DNA of 64,000 nt from Thalia democratica. Its lineage: Eukaryota. Location: the NCBI GenBank assembly GCA_965202585.1, contig OZ241831.1:10912001-10976000 (forward strand), written 5' to 3'. The position numbers were made by a program, and so were the translations under genes. Under the pieces are notes generated by a model, which ran no database searches, was not told the DNA's origin, and saw only the letters and a program-made list of their open reading frames with translations. This document shows positions 39,443-52,300 of this stretch, in pieces (position 1 is the stretch's first letter; each line of letters opens with the position of its first letter).

Positions 39443-41649
39443 AATTGTAGTATCTATTAAACTTCACGTGGTATGTAAGTTATTGTTTGTCTGAAAGAAT
39501 AATGTAAACAAATTTTCGTAATTAATTAAACAATAAAAAACTATAAAGAATATTCTTTCAGAGAGACAACTTCTGCTTAAAATCATGTTTATAAAAAGTT
39601 GACATTTTAAATTAAGTTGTAATGAAAAGTAAAAGAAATCAAATTAAAATTATACATTAAAATAATTCTTAAATTAAAGTGTTTTCAAGCAAAAATTAGA
39701 CTTTTAAAAACCGGTTGTTAAATAAATTTTTTATTATTAACAGAAACATGTAAATACTATTACTTTAAAACATCTTGTAAATAATGTTGTTATATATCTA
39801 GGTAACTACATTTATAGATAATTATATTATCAAATTGAAACAAGCTTCAACAATATTGACTGATTAAGCATCTTGATTTATTACAATAATTTCTTATTTA
39901 TGATGTGTTCATTGATTTGATAGTGATTGTACTGAACTACTGTTTTAAGTTGTAGCGTTGTAATTTTGATCGTTGTTTATTAAGCTGTTATAATAGAAGC
40001 TTAAATACCACAGATTTCAATTTTTTATAGTCAAAATAATTTTTAATAATTTACACTACCCTTTTCAATTTATTTTTTTTCAATAATGAGTAACTTCTTT
40101 TAAAACTTTATTGTTAACTTAACAGAGTAAATGTACATGAGTTTTTTAAATTACATTTATAAGTTTTTCTTAATAAATATTAAATTTGGGAAAATTACTT
40201 TAAATAAAACTAAGAAAGACTAATAGAGCTAACTTTAAAAATTTACAACAACTTATGAAGTGTATTAAAGAGGTTTAAGTTAAACTTAAAAAATTTAAAG
40301 TAAGAACAACTTTTTGATTTAATTCTGTACATAGCCAGTAAAAAGTTTGCTGATTAATTTACAACTATTGCAAGACTATCTTACAGAGCAGATGTCATTA
40401 CTGATATCAATTTCTAAACTCAATTTATTTTGGCTACAAACAACTTCTTATTAAATTCTTATGTTTAGGTCAATGATTCATAACAAGATTACACGACGTG
40501 ATTTTTTTTTACAAATAAAAATAAATTGATTAAATTAATAAAAATGTATCTAAAATGGTCTGCATTATTCTTAAAGTAATAACAAAATTAAAACTAGTGC
40601 AAAAGTTTACTAGAACAAGCAGTGCATAAGTACGAAGGTCAAGCAAAAGTTTATTAGAAACTTTAAAATTAAGTTTCAACTAGTAAGCACATGTACTGTA
40701 GGAATCAGAAATATTTTTACTTCTAAAACACTTGTTTTTAGTAAGTTGTAGGGTAAAAAAGAGCAGGTTTGAATCACGAGTAACCTTTCTTGTTGAAGAT
40801 GAGGAAAATATCGATGCGAACCAAGCTATTGAATCAGACAGTAGCGCAATCAAACTATTTAAATTCAGTGATTACATTTCAATGAAGCTTCCTTTTTAAG
40901 AACTTTCAGATACTTCCGCCAAACTGAACAACTTCAAGCTAGATAGGTTTTCATCTTAGAAATATCCTCTGCTATTCACTGTGGCTCTATTCACTTAGAA
41001 TGGTCTGATTTGTTTAATCGAGTGATACTGCTCAAAATCTTCTGAAGTTGATAACCATGATGTTGGAAATATCAAAACAAAAAAATATCTTCGAAAAAGC
41101 TGATTGAATTTCTCAATAGTTTCTTACATAGCACAGAAGTAGCAAAGCCGATTAAACTGTTTTTTTTTTTTAATCATATTTTTAATAATAATTTACAGAG
41201 CACTAAGTTAAAACTGTTTTATCATTTACAGATATCTTTTGCTAGAATTCCACGACGTCTTCCGTTCAAAATTTTGTTTAGAAAAAAATTCTTGTCAACG
41301 GATCTTGACCGAACTACCAGTTTTTTTTTATAGGAGCAGTAATGAATGTAATATGTGATTTGAACGAAAAGGGAAAAATTCACGCAATACTAAAGAATTT
41401 AATTTTCGTTAAGACTTCCTAGTGACAAGTAGCGATAAGTTTCCAGCATGTCTGGTAGAATGTTAGTCATCTTTAACGAGAGCGGTAGATGAAACTTAAA
41501 GAGATTTTTTTAACTGACGTCACGCTTTTAAAAACACCACAAAGGATTTTGTTGAGTTTGAGGTTTTCAAAGTTCTGACAAGCCGCTGTATTAATTGCTA
41601 TGAAATCGTGTAGTTAGAATCAAAGTATTATATTTTGTTCTTTATAAAT

Positions 41650-43930
41650 TATTTTGTTATCTTCTTATTGATTTTTGTTTTATGAAATATTGTTTTAGAT
41701 TTTGTTTATTTTGAACATTTAGTTATGTTATCCGTGAATAAATATCAACAAACCTAGTATATGAAATTTATCAAATATGTAACTTATACATGAATGTTTA
41801 ACGTTATCTCAGAGTCGACTTTAAGTTTAGACATTTTTTAATTAAAATTTTTGTAAAACAAATCATTCTGTATCATTTTAATTAAAGTTGTTGTACCTTT
41901 ACTAAGAATCTTTTAAATACGAGGATATTATGGGAAAACTATCAACTTAAACGTCAGCAATAACATTCATTAACAAATTAAAATTTGGATCCTGAAAGGG
42001 AACCTTAAGTTTTAGAACTTCTCTTCTTTAAAATCAACAAGTACCATGCTAATATTACAATTCCACTTTATTTTAACTTAGTTTAATTCAGAAAATTGTT
42101 TGATTTAGCCGGTTTGAATGTGTATAAGTTTTTAAGAACCAAATTTTGATACGTATGTTAATTGACGAATTACTGCCGATAGCAAGTGATTTACTTTATC
42201 TTTACGGCACTAGCAGCAAGTCTGTTCTTAACTAGATAAAATAAATTCATTTCAAAATTAAGATCAGATATAACTTAATACTTTCTTTCAAAGCACTTTT
42301 TTTCATATAAAATGCTGTAAATATTTATAAGTTAATGTCATTCACAAATTATAACCCCTGTTTACTTTTGGCTCTTTAAATACGACTCGTTTTCAACATT
42401 TTATATTAGGGTTTCGAAAAGTAGTATATGTGCTGCAAAGACTGGGAGACCATAAGGAAGCATTTTAAACTTTGAAATCATTTTGTAGTTCCAGTATTTG
42501 AGTATACTATTGTTTTTAAAAAGTGCAAGTAAAACGAAGCTATTTAGGTAAATTTTTCCGTTTTTGAGGAAATTTTAGAAACGTTTTTGCAAAAAGCAAG
42601 GGTTATTATGTAAATTTTTGTTTTTTAAAATAGTTTTAGAAACATTTTCTTCTCAAAAATATCGAAGTTGTAAAATATATTTTTCTTGTAAAATATCTTG
42701 TAACAACAATAATCTACCCAATAAGCTTCGCTTTTAGTGAATTTTCTCACGAAGGAATATTATATTTTCCTTTAAAACAAAAAAGTTTACCTAATAATTT
42801 GATTGCTTTATGTTATATATATTTTTATAATATGTTAGTATAATATATTTGCTTCTGGTTATAACCACTGTAAAAGATATTATTAAATATATGTAAAGTA
42901 ATTTCACATGTTGACAAACATTAGTTAAATAAAAATTTGGTATTAAAAGTATCATTAATAGTTTTTTATAGATAAAACTTTAAATACTTAAGATTACATG
43001 TAGATACACTTTTAGTAACAGTTGTTTTAAAAAGTTAATACATTGTTTACTATAGTGTTTCAACCAATCATTTGTTGCATTAAACGCTTCAACTTCCGAG
43101 TAAATCTATAGTTCAGAACTTTCAATTTTTTTGTCAACAAGTCTAAAAAGCATTGAGTTTAGATAACCAGTAGAAACTAGCGTTCTATACAAAGGATGAT
43201 TCAGCATCATAAGCTAGTTTGTAAGGATTAGCTAAACTAAAAATAGTAAGAACATTTTTTACAGCTATTTTAACTTACATGTTTATTTTACATGTGCATA
43301 GCTTTTTTAATTTACATGTCTTTATGTTTGTATCTTCTTTTAACAAGAGGTTTTTTCATTTTAAAGATAGAGTTAGTAAATTTTCTTTTATTCATCTCAA
43401 GAAACTCTTTTTTTTTTTTTTAAGTAAAAAATAGTTTAAAGTTATTTAGACTATATTTTATTAGTTAATAATTTTGAATTTTCACATTGTATGTGCTTTA
43501 AACAGTAAACAATAGTTAGTTATTTTTAAATAAAAAAGTTATGTGCAATAACTTTTTATAAATGTTAAAGTAAGTAAAATAAACGTAGGAGTGCTCTCAA
43601 AAACATTAAATATTATATTTTTTTTCATTCAACTAATTAGTTATAACCTTTAGGTAAAAATACTTCAATGAATTTGTTCAAAACCAAATTTAAGTTTAAT
43701 TCAACTCTACAACACAGTTATTAGTCATTTTATTTCGTTAAATGTTTAACCTTTCTCGTTTAAAACTTTTGAAAGTTATTATTATTTAATCTTTTATTAC
43801 ACATCTTTGAACATAAGACTGAGAAATAAATAGTTTTTTTAATAATTTCAAGCTGCGTCAAAACTTGTTAACTTTTCATGAACTTTTACAAGTTTAATTT
43901 TCTTAACATTACTTTTGTTCCACTTGTTTT
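41650..43930 (-). pseudogene. Decayed, apparently intronless BTB-BACK-Kelch (kelch-like) pseudogene
   Basis: Minus-strand fragments with stops and frameshifts: MSGENKWNKSNVKKIKLVKVHEK (ATG ~43899), EIIKKTIYFSVLCSK (BTB-like), KNVLTIFSLANPYKLA and KIESSEL*IYSEVEAFNATNDWLKHYSKQCINFLKQLLLKVYLHVI (BACK domain, ~42990-43260), Kelch-like remnants NRLAASAV (~42210) and NVIADV (~41960). Boundaries approximate. Confidence 0.7.
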
Positions 43931-46390
43931 CACCTGACATGTCTTGGTGGTATTTTGGTAACTAAAAAAAAAACTAAAAAGCATGATTTTGTTTAAATCT
44001 CAATAAATTTATAAAGTTTATTATAATGAAAAAAATACAATTTTATTTTTATTTTAACAAAAAACTGTTTAAATTTTTCATGAAATATCGTATAAATATT
44101 TTAACAATGCAATTTTTTATAAAGTGTGTACTAAATTCTTAAGTAGATTGAACTTATAAAAGCTTTTTTTAAAACATAATTTAAATTAAAACATTTTAAG
44201 TTAGTTTTGTTGACTATGTTATAAATATTTGAACAACAAAACGTAAAATTTAACTTTAAAAAATATATGTAATTGTTCTTCAACCACTTAAATATATAAT
44301 AGATATTTAAAAATCTATAAGTACTTTTCTTAAAACTTGTTAATGAAATAATTCCTGCCAGAATTGAACTCCTGACCTTAACTTGAAGAACCGCTAGCGT
44401 TTCATAAATATGTAAATTGTTACATGAATTTATTTTAGTTGCCTTACCTGTATTATTTTTTGGATAAATTTATCAGTAAGTTAAAAACAAAAAGTATTTG
44501 TTTTTTATTTTGTTATATTAATTACGTACTCCTAACAAAAAAAAACGAAGTTTGTTTTATTACAGCTATGTACCAATTTTATATTGTAACTTTTTTCGAA
44601 GAATTCTATAAGGTTAGGATTTAATGCAAGAAATATTTCATGTATATTTTTTATAATAATTGAAATAAAACTGGCATTTATGTGTAAAACATATATATAT
44701 ATATATAAATATACGCATTAACGCCAGTTTTATTTTCAGTTTAGCCTAATGTCTTCTTGCATGTTTATGTAAAAAAAATACAGACTTTATTCAATTGATG
44801 ATCTCGTTTCATTTGGATCAAGCGAGTGAAACATTGCTTTGTTAATAAAATTTAAAATCGATCATTCTCCTTATCATTTAGTCGAGAATTTTTATTGCGA
44901 TCTATAAAGTAAAAAGTACACAATATATTTTTTTAAGTTAATTACCTTGAATTGAAAAAACATATATCCAAGAAATACCAACGAAGTTATCTTTTGTTTT
45001 AAATGTTAAGCAGTGAGTTAATGTAAATTTATTTTAATGATCGTTGAGTTTATTAAACTCAGATTTTTATGTGTCAACTTAAAAATATCTAATACTTTTT
45101 TTAATGTCATAAACTGTTTTGACAGTTTAAAGTTGATGTTAGTTTAAATCTTTTAACGAAGAAGATAATGATTTTTCTTAAAAAAACAAACATTTCTTGC
45201 TAGATACATTTAGTTTAGTAATATTTATAAAAAAACTTCATGTACTTTTTCAAAAACTTTTTTTTAAAATCCTTCATTTACTTTTAAAAAACCTTTCTAT
45301 CGCAGAAATAAATTTGGACGTATAAACTAATAAAACAAGTGACTATCAGACTGATTTTATCTATAGACAAAGTTAAAATGACCTACTGGAACTTAATTTG
45401 GATTTTTTTTTTAATTTGGAAGAAAAATAATCGAAGTGTTTTTATCAAATAGACGAGAATCTGAAAAGCTCAAAATAGTTTTTGAGCTGGAACAAAAAAC
45501 ACAGGCCAAAATAAGAACATTTCAACCCTCTCATTTGATTAAAGGGGAGTAAGTAACGTTAACCATGTATTAAGTCTGTTAAATAAAGCCTTAACAATTT
45601 AACATGTGCTTATAGGAAGATTCCTTTGGCTAAGGTGTCCTATTAAATTTCGTATTAACAAATTTTTCAAGTAGTAACTTTTTTTGTTAACGACCTTTAT
45701 TATCGTTATTTTTTTGTTTTAGAGCAGCTAAATTAGTTCATAAGAAACACCATTTTATTTGAAAAGTTTAACAAATTTATATTTATAAACTTTAAGTACT
45801 GTACTATTTTAGAAATGAAAACTTTATATAAAACTATAACAGAAAGTTAAAAACTTAAATATACATTATACATACTTATCATAATAAAGGATCTTACACC
45901 TTGTGTCGCTAAAAGTAAAAAAAAAACTATTCGAATATTTTTCTACAAAGTCAAGTTTAACAAAAACTATGAAAAAAATCTCATTTTAAAGCAGTAAGTG
46001 AAAAAACTTAAACATACATAAACAAATTACCATAAGTAATACTAGAAATATTTAAAATAATAATAATTTAGTGAGTAAAATTTAAAATCACCTAAAAATT
46101 GCACATATATGTCATTTTTTAATCTAAAATAAGTTATGTAAGTTTAAAGTTAATAAGGTATATAAAAACTAAAACGAGAAAACAATTCTTAGACTTGTTG
46201 GCATGGCACAGAACTTGAAATTAAATGAGTAAATTTGGAAAAATGTTTATAACATTTAATAAAACAAAACTTACAATAGTATTATAGTAATTTCAATTAG
46301 TTTTTTTCACAAAAATCGTTGTTTTTAATATGTGTGAACTTTTTACTTAATACTACCAAGTGCTATTTAACTCGGTTATTATAAATACTT

Positions 46391-49300
46391 TTAGTCTTCT
46401 TTTTTCTTTTTATCTTCATCTTCTTCATAACTGTAGCCATATTCATTCGGTCTTGTCTTGTCTACAGGGTACAACCTTGAAAAAAATACATAATTAAAAT
46501 AATAATACACTACAAAAACATGCTAATTGAAAGATAACAATAAAACTAATAATTAAAAACATGCAAACTTACTGTTTTATTTGAATTTATAATGAACTTA
46601 TATGTAAAATATTTTTTTTAATTGAACTATTGTAATTTAAAATTACTTTTAATTAAGTTTCAAAAATAAATACTTTAAAAACATTAGTCATTTTGTAATC
46701 TTACTTAGTTAAAAATTATAGTGAAACTAAAGGGTTTTGTTATTTAAATTTTCAAGGAGTAACATTTTAATACTTTAGCTTTACAAGAATACTTAACAAG
46801 CTACTTTAACAAAATTGTTTTGTTTATATTTTTGATCAATTAGTTTTATAAACTAAACATGTATATAACTTTAAATAGTTATATACATGTTAACAAACAG
46901 GTTAGTAAATGGAAAACTTAACGACTACCAAGATAATTCAATAACAACTTATACAAACTTCTACAATCATCAACAATTGATAAATCAATTAAAAATAACC
47001 ATAATACTTCTACCTTTTAAAATTGTTCCTGATTATGAAAATATTTTACATATAAAAAAAAAAGCACAAACCACAGTTGATACAGGAAACAGAAAAACAC
47101 GATGTCATCTCTGAAGCAGGCAATTCTGTGAGATGTGGGCATCTTTATTATGAATGCAAATACATCGTCTATGAATGTATTGAACGCCTGGAAAAAAAAA
47201 TCTAGTTATTATATCTTTATAGAACAGTTATAAAAAATAAACTAATATTCTACTAAAGGAGGAAATATCTATAAAAGCTGAATACTGTTACTTTTTCTGT
47301 TCCAAGCTGTAACTTTACGGTCTTAGCTAGTCTTTGAAGAATTGTTATACTAGTACTATTTGTGAAGTAGTATATGCAGTAAGTAGTTGTAAAAACTTTA
47401 GTATACTACGAAATATGCAACATTTAAAGACTACCAAACTAATTTTGAAGCAGTCGAGTAGAATAAAAATCATCCAAAAACTATAAAACAAAAGACTACA
47501 AGTTTTATTTTTGCAGTTACAAAAAACAATGGACAGTTTAAGCTTTTTATAGCCTTAGACTTTTTTAACTCCTACAAAAAAAAGTTCATCTTTTTGTAGT
47601 ATTAAAAGTTTCATTATTAAAAAACAACAATACACTTAACTAAGAAACTCGATGTGTATTCAAACACTCATGAAATAATTAATTTTAAAAACCTTACAAC
47701 TAAATTGAAGTAACAATAAAAATTTGATACTAGTAAAATATAAACCTTATAAGTGAAAGCTCTCCAAGGTAGGTGAGCAACGGACTTCAGTTTGTAGTTT
47801 ATAAATAGTTGGGGCAACATGAACAAGAACCCGAATACATACACACCTGAAAAATAAACAATTAAAAATTATTTCAAATCCCTAATAACGACTTTTATAT
47901 TAAATATTCTTATAAAAATGTTAAGACACAAATACAAACATAAGAAAAAAACCTAAGTAATACGGTATTAAAAGTTTTAGGTTAAATATCTTTATAAAAA
48001 TATTAAGACACATATACAAACATAAGAAGAAAATCTAAATATTACGGTATTAAAAGTTTTTGGTTAAATATTTTTATAAAAATTATAAGACACATATACA
48101 AACATAAGAAAAAAACCTAAATATTACGGTTTTAAAAGTTTTAAGTTAAATATTTTCATAAAAATATTAAGACGCATATACAAACATAAGAAAAAAACCT
48201 AAATATTACGGTATTAAAGTTTATACAAAACTATGCTTCAAAATGCATATGTGTATTTAATGTAGTGATTTTAATCAAATTACAAGAGTAAAATAAAACT
48301 AAGTATAAAAACTAACAAGATAACTGTTTTCGTACGCAAAAAACTTTATTAAATATGGCATTACTCTGCCTACTAAATGTATTTAATATTAACAGCTCTA
48401 CAGATTCTGTATCAACATACAGTAACAAAAGTAAAGCCGTCAGTATAATATACTATTTGCATAAAAAATAATTGTTTTGATTTCCAACGGGCTTTGCTAA
48501 AACCTCTACGATCTAATTTCTTGTTACATAATTTCTGATATGAAAACAAACACATTACCAGTTAGAACTATGTTTAGTAAATGTACTAAAGTAATCTTAC
48601 TATAAATATCAAAATCATGTATTGGTTTAGAACTGTCAAATTAACACTGCATTTTTTTAGTTATTATAATCTTGTTTCAGTTAAATAGTATTCTAAGATT
48701 TAAAAATTACTCCATAGACTTAATTGTAATTAATAGATATTTAAGTAATTAAACAAAAATACTTAGAAAAAGTAGAGTTCGCATTTAAGATTTAAAATAT
48801 TTAAGTAGTATTTATAAATAACCAATTAGTTTTAAATAAAGATCTGTTTTTAAAGAAAAATTAAAAACGAACGCTTTTAAATTTTTAATTAAATATCTTA
48901 ACTAAAAATAAGCATAACATTAAAAATACTTACCGTTAACGAGGCTTTGAACGACCCAGGAATAAATGCTGAAATAATAAAAAAAAATATTTTAAAAGAC
49001 AACAAACTGAACTAGTGGTTTTTGGTTAAAAAAGGTTGTTTATTTATGGTACGAGACAAGAGTGAACAAGTTCTTGTTTCATCCTATCAAACAAGGACAC
49101 ACACTACTTATTTTAAAGTAAAAAATCTAAAAAAATGCTTTTGAAGTAAGTTAATATAATAACCTTTCAAAAAAAAGTTGAAAAAAATATGTTGATAAAA
49201 CTTTTATTCACACAAACAAACTCAAACCTTTTGTGAGGAACGTAGAAAAGTGAGTAGACTGCTCCAAGCAGGCATAGTGGGTACAAAGCGTATGATAAGT

Positions 49301-52300
49301 ATTTGAACGCCTGCAAAAATGTATTTAAAGTGTAGTAAAAATATAGATATAAATCTGAAAAATTAAAATCTTAATTATTTGTAACAAACAACGAGCTCAT
49401 AAGCGATAGTTCAATGTTTATAAAAAAAATATGTTGAAACGAAATGGACGATAGTAACAGAAAAATACTTAATTATTTGGTACCTACTTTAAACACCTAA
49501 CAAAAAATATCAGTTGAAAGAAAAAAACACTTAAATGGTTAAGAATATTTTTAAATTGTTTAAACTATGTAATTTTTACTAAAATATAACTTAAGTGATT
49601 ATAAAAATCTTATATGATTAAAAATGATATGCTTACAACATGTTAAAACTAAGTTCAAGCTAAAAATATTTATACAAAACTTAATATCTAAATAAAATAA
49701 CAGATGAAGCATCACTTTTGAAACATAACTAAAGGATAATAATGTATATCAAAAAAAATACTTTATATTCTTTAAAATGAACTAAAACCGTATGTAAAAG
49801 TTTTTTTAAATTTAAAAAACATACAACTAATTTTAGTCATTATTTATATAAAGTTTTAGTCTGTGTTTACTATGAAAATCCAGTTAATATATGTTTGTTT
49901 AAAATTACTTATCACTACTGCGTTCTATAACAAATTAAAAATTAATAGTTCAATAATGCGTGGGTTTTAAATAACAGTGATAACAAATGAAAACAAGTCT
50001 GCTTGTATTGTCAAGAATAGAGTGTTGTAAAATTGTACATATAATTAAAACAAATTTTAAAAAACATTTAATTTTTAATAAAAACATATATATATTTACA
50101 TAATAAAATCATGTTAGTCAAAAAACTTTAAAATAATAAGCAAAAATAAGTTATGATTACATTAAAATTAAAAATATTTTTACATTGTGATCTTTATCAT
50201 TTAGTGCAATGTTGATGTTATTTAAATTGTTGATTAAGAAATACAAACTTTAGTGGAGCTTAGATGTTTTAAAGTGGTGTAAATGCTAACAGAACCTTTT
50301 GAAATACTAATCGCCATTTTTTAAATGTCGATAATTAAAGGTCAACAATATTTTAGTTATATGTTTTTAAACTTGACCTAAAAAGTAATAAATATTAAAG
50401 TATTAGAGCTAAATGCTAAAATTTAATACAAGTTGCTAAAAAAACTTCTATAAACAAGTTTAAATTTTCAGTTGATATCTTTGTTATTTAGAATAAACTT
50501 TTTGAAATAGTAAAATTAAAAAGAACTTTAAAAAAATTTTAGTTGGGAACAACAATCAGAAACTTTATTAAGTCATAAAAAAAAAAACTATAGAATTAAG
50601 CTTTTGAATAGTTTGGTTTTGGTACTGGTTTTATTTAAAAAATTTAAATATAACTCACTCATTTTCGAAAAAAGTTTATTAATTAATTTCGTTTAGCGCA
50701 TCCTCAGAATAATATTGCCAAAAACTATTAATATTATAGTGTAATTTTAGTTATATACAATGAATTTGAAAAGTCTAGCTAAAAATAGTTACGTCATAAA
50801 GTATAAAAGTCTGTTTAGAAAAAGTTTAAAATAGAATTGAGCTAAGCTAATTTAAAGTAATTTATAAGACAAAATCGCTAAAACAAAACATTTAAAATAG
50901 TAGTAATTTTTACCTGAAAATAAATTAAATAAATATCACATTACAAAATACGACAAAGACGATAACAATAAAACTACTAAAAACACGCTATTTATAAAGT
51001 ATTAAATATAAAATAATTTTAAGGAAAATTTTACAATTACGATTATTGTTTAAAATTGTTTGATAACCAACTTAAATAATCGAGCTATTGTCTTTTGTTT
51101 CTAAAGTCTGTTTTCACCAACTGAAAAGTTTGGCAAAAAAAGTAATTGTTATGAATAAAAATTTAAAAAAGTGTACAATTAAAGTTTTACATTTCTTCAT
51201 TTGTGTTTGAGAAAAAAACTTTAGACTAGGGTTTCCAAAACTTTTTTTCAAAATACCTCTTTAAAGAAATTAAAAAAGCTATGGCCCCCTCCAACAAAAT
51301 TTCTCAAAAAACAACCACTAAAACCGCCAAATACTCTTTATTTTGCTCTCAAACATCAACTCCGGAATATCTAGCGTAAGTTTCAAACTATGGCCTTGTG
51401 GCTCCCCTTTTTACAGCTCATGGTCCCCTAAATTCCGATTTTTTTCAATAATATCAGTATAAGTAACAAAACTACCATTAAAACCGCCTAGGACTTTTTT
51501 TTTGCTCTTCATCATCATCTCTAGGATATCTAGTGTAAGTTTCATTTTATGACCCCATAGCCTCATTGTGGCCCCTTTGCTGCTCATGGTCCCCTAAATT
51601 TCTGTAATGACCCCAAGATGGCCACTTGGCCCAGTTTGGGAAACCCTGCTTTAGACACACGGCCTTTGCATAATTAATCTTTTGATTATCCATTAGAACT
51701 TTTTTAATACTAAAAACTACCTTTTCAACAGCTAAAAGTATTTAAGGATGAGATTAGATGCTTACTACGACTAAAATTTTAGCAATTTGTGCAAAATACG
51801 AGTTTTAACTTCCATAAGCGTTTAAAAAAACGTTTGTAAACATAATTTTAGCATACCTATATCATTCACGTGAAGGTTAAAACAAAAAAGGACAAAGTTT
51901 TAAGATTCAGTATGTTTGAGAATATATTAAGATCTAAATTAGCTGACAAACACAGTTTTAAGCATGTGCACGACGTTTCAAATACTGAAATTTAAAAATT
52001 TTATAACTCTGAGTTAATGTGAACTATCTTGTCTAATAATTATGTTTTACTTTTTATCCATCATAATCTTATTAATTAGAACTTTAGATAGACTTTTTTA
52101 ATATCTATGAATTTTAAGCTACTTTTTGAGATGTGACCCCATAAAAAGTTTTATAAGAACTTGAATCGCCATATATCAGTTGTAAGCACAGGAAAACACC
52201 TTAAAAAATCAAAACGCATCTTAACACTACTGTAAACTCTTATTAATATAATAATATTAAACTAAAAAAAAGTTCAAACCTGCTGGTCATGGACCCTGGT

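Noticed and set aside
39780-40480. Possible decayed GPCR-like pseudogene
   Set aside because: Hydrophobic translations with many stops are expected from AT-rich DNA; no diagnostic motif.
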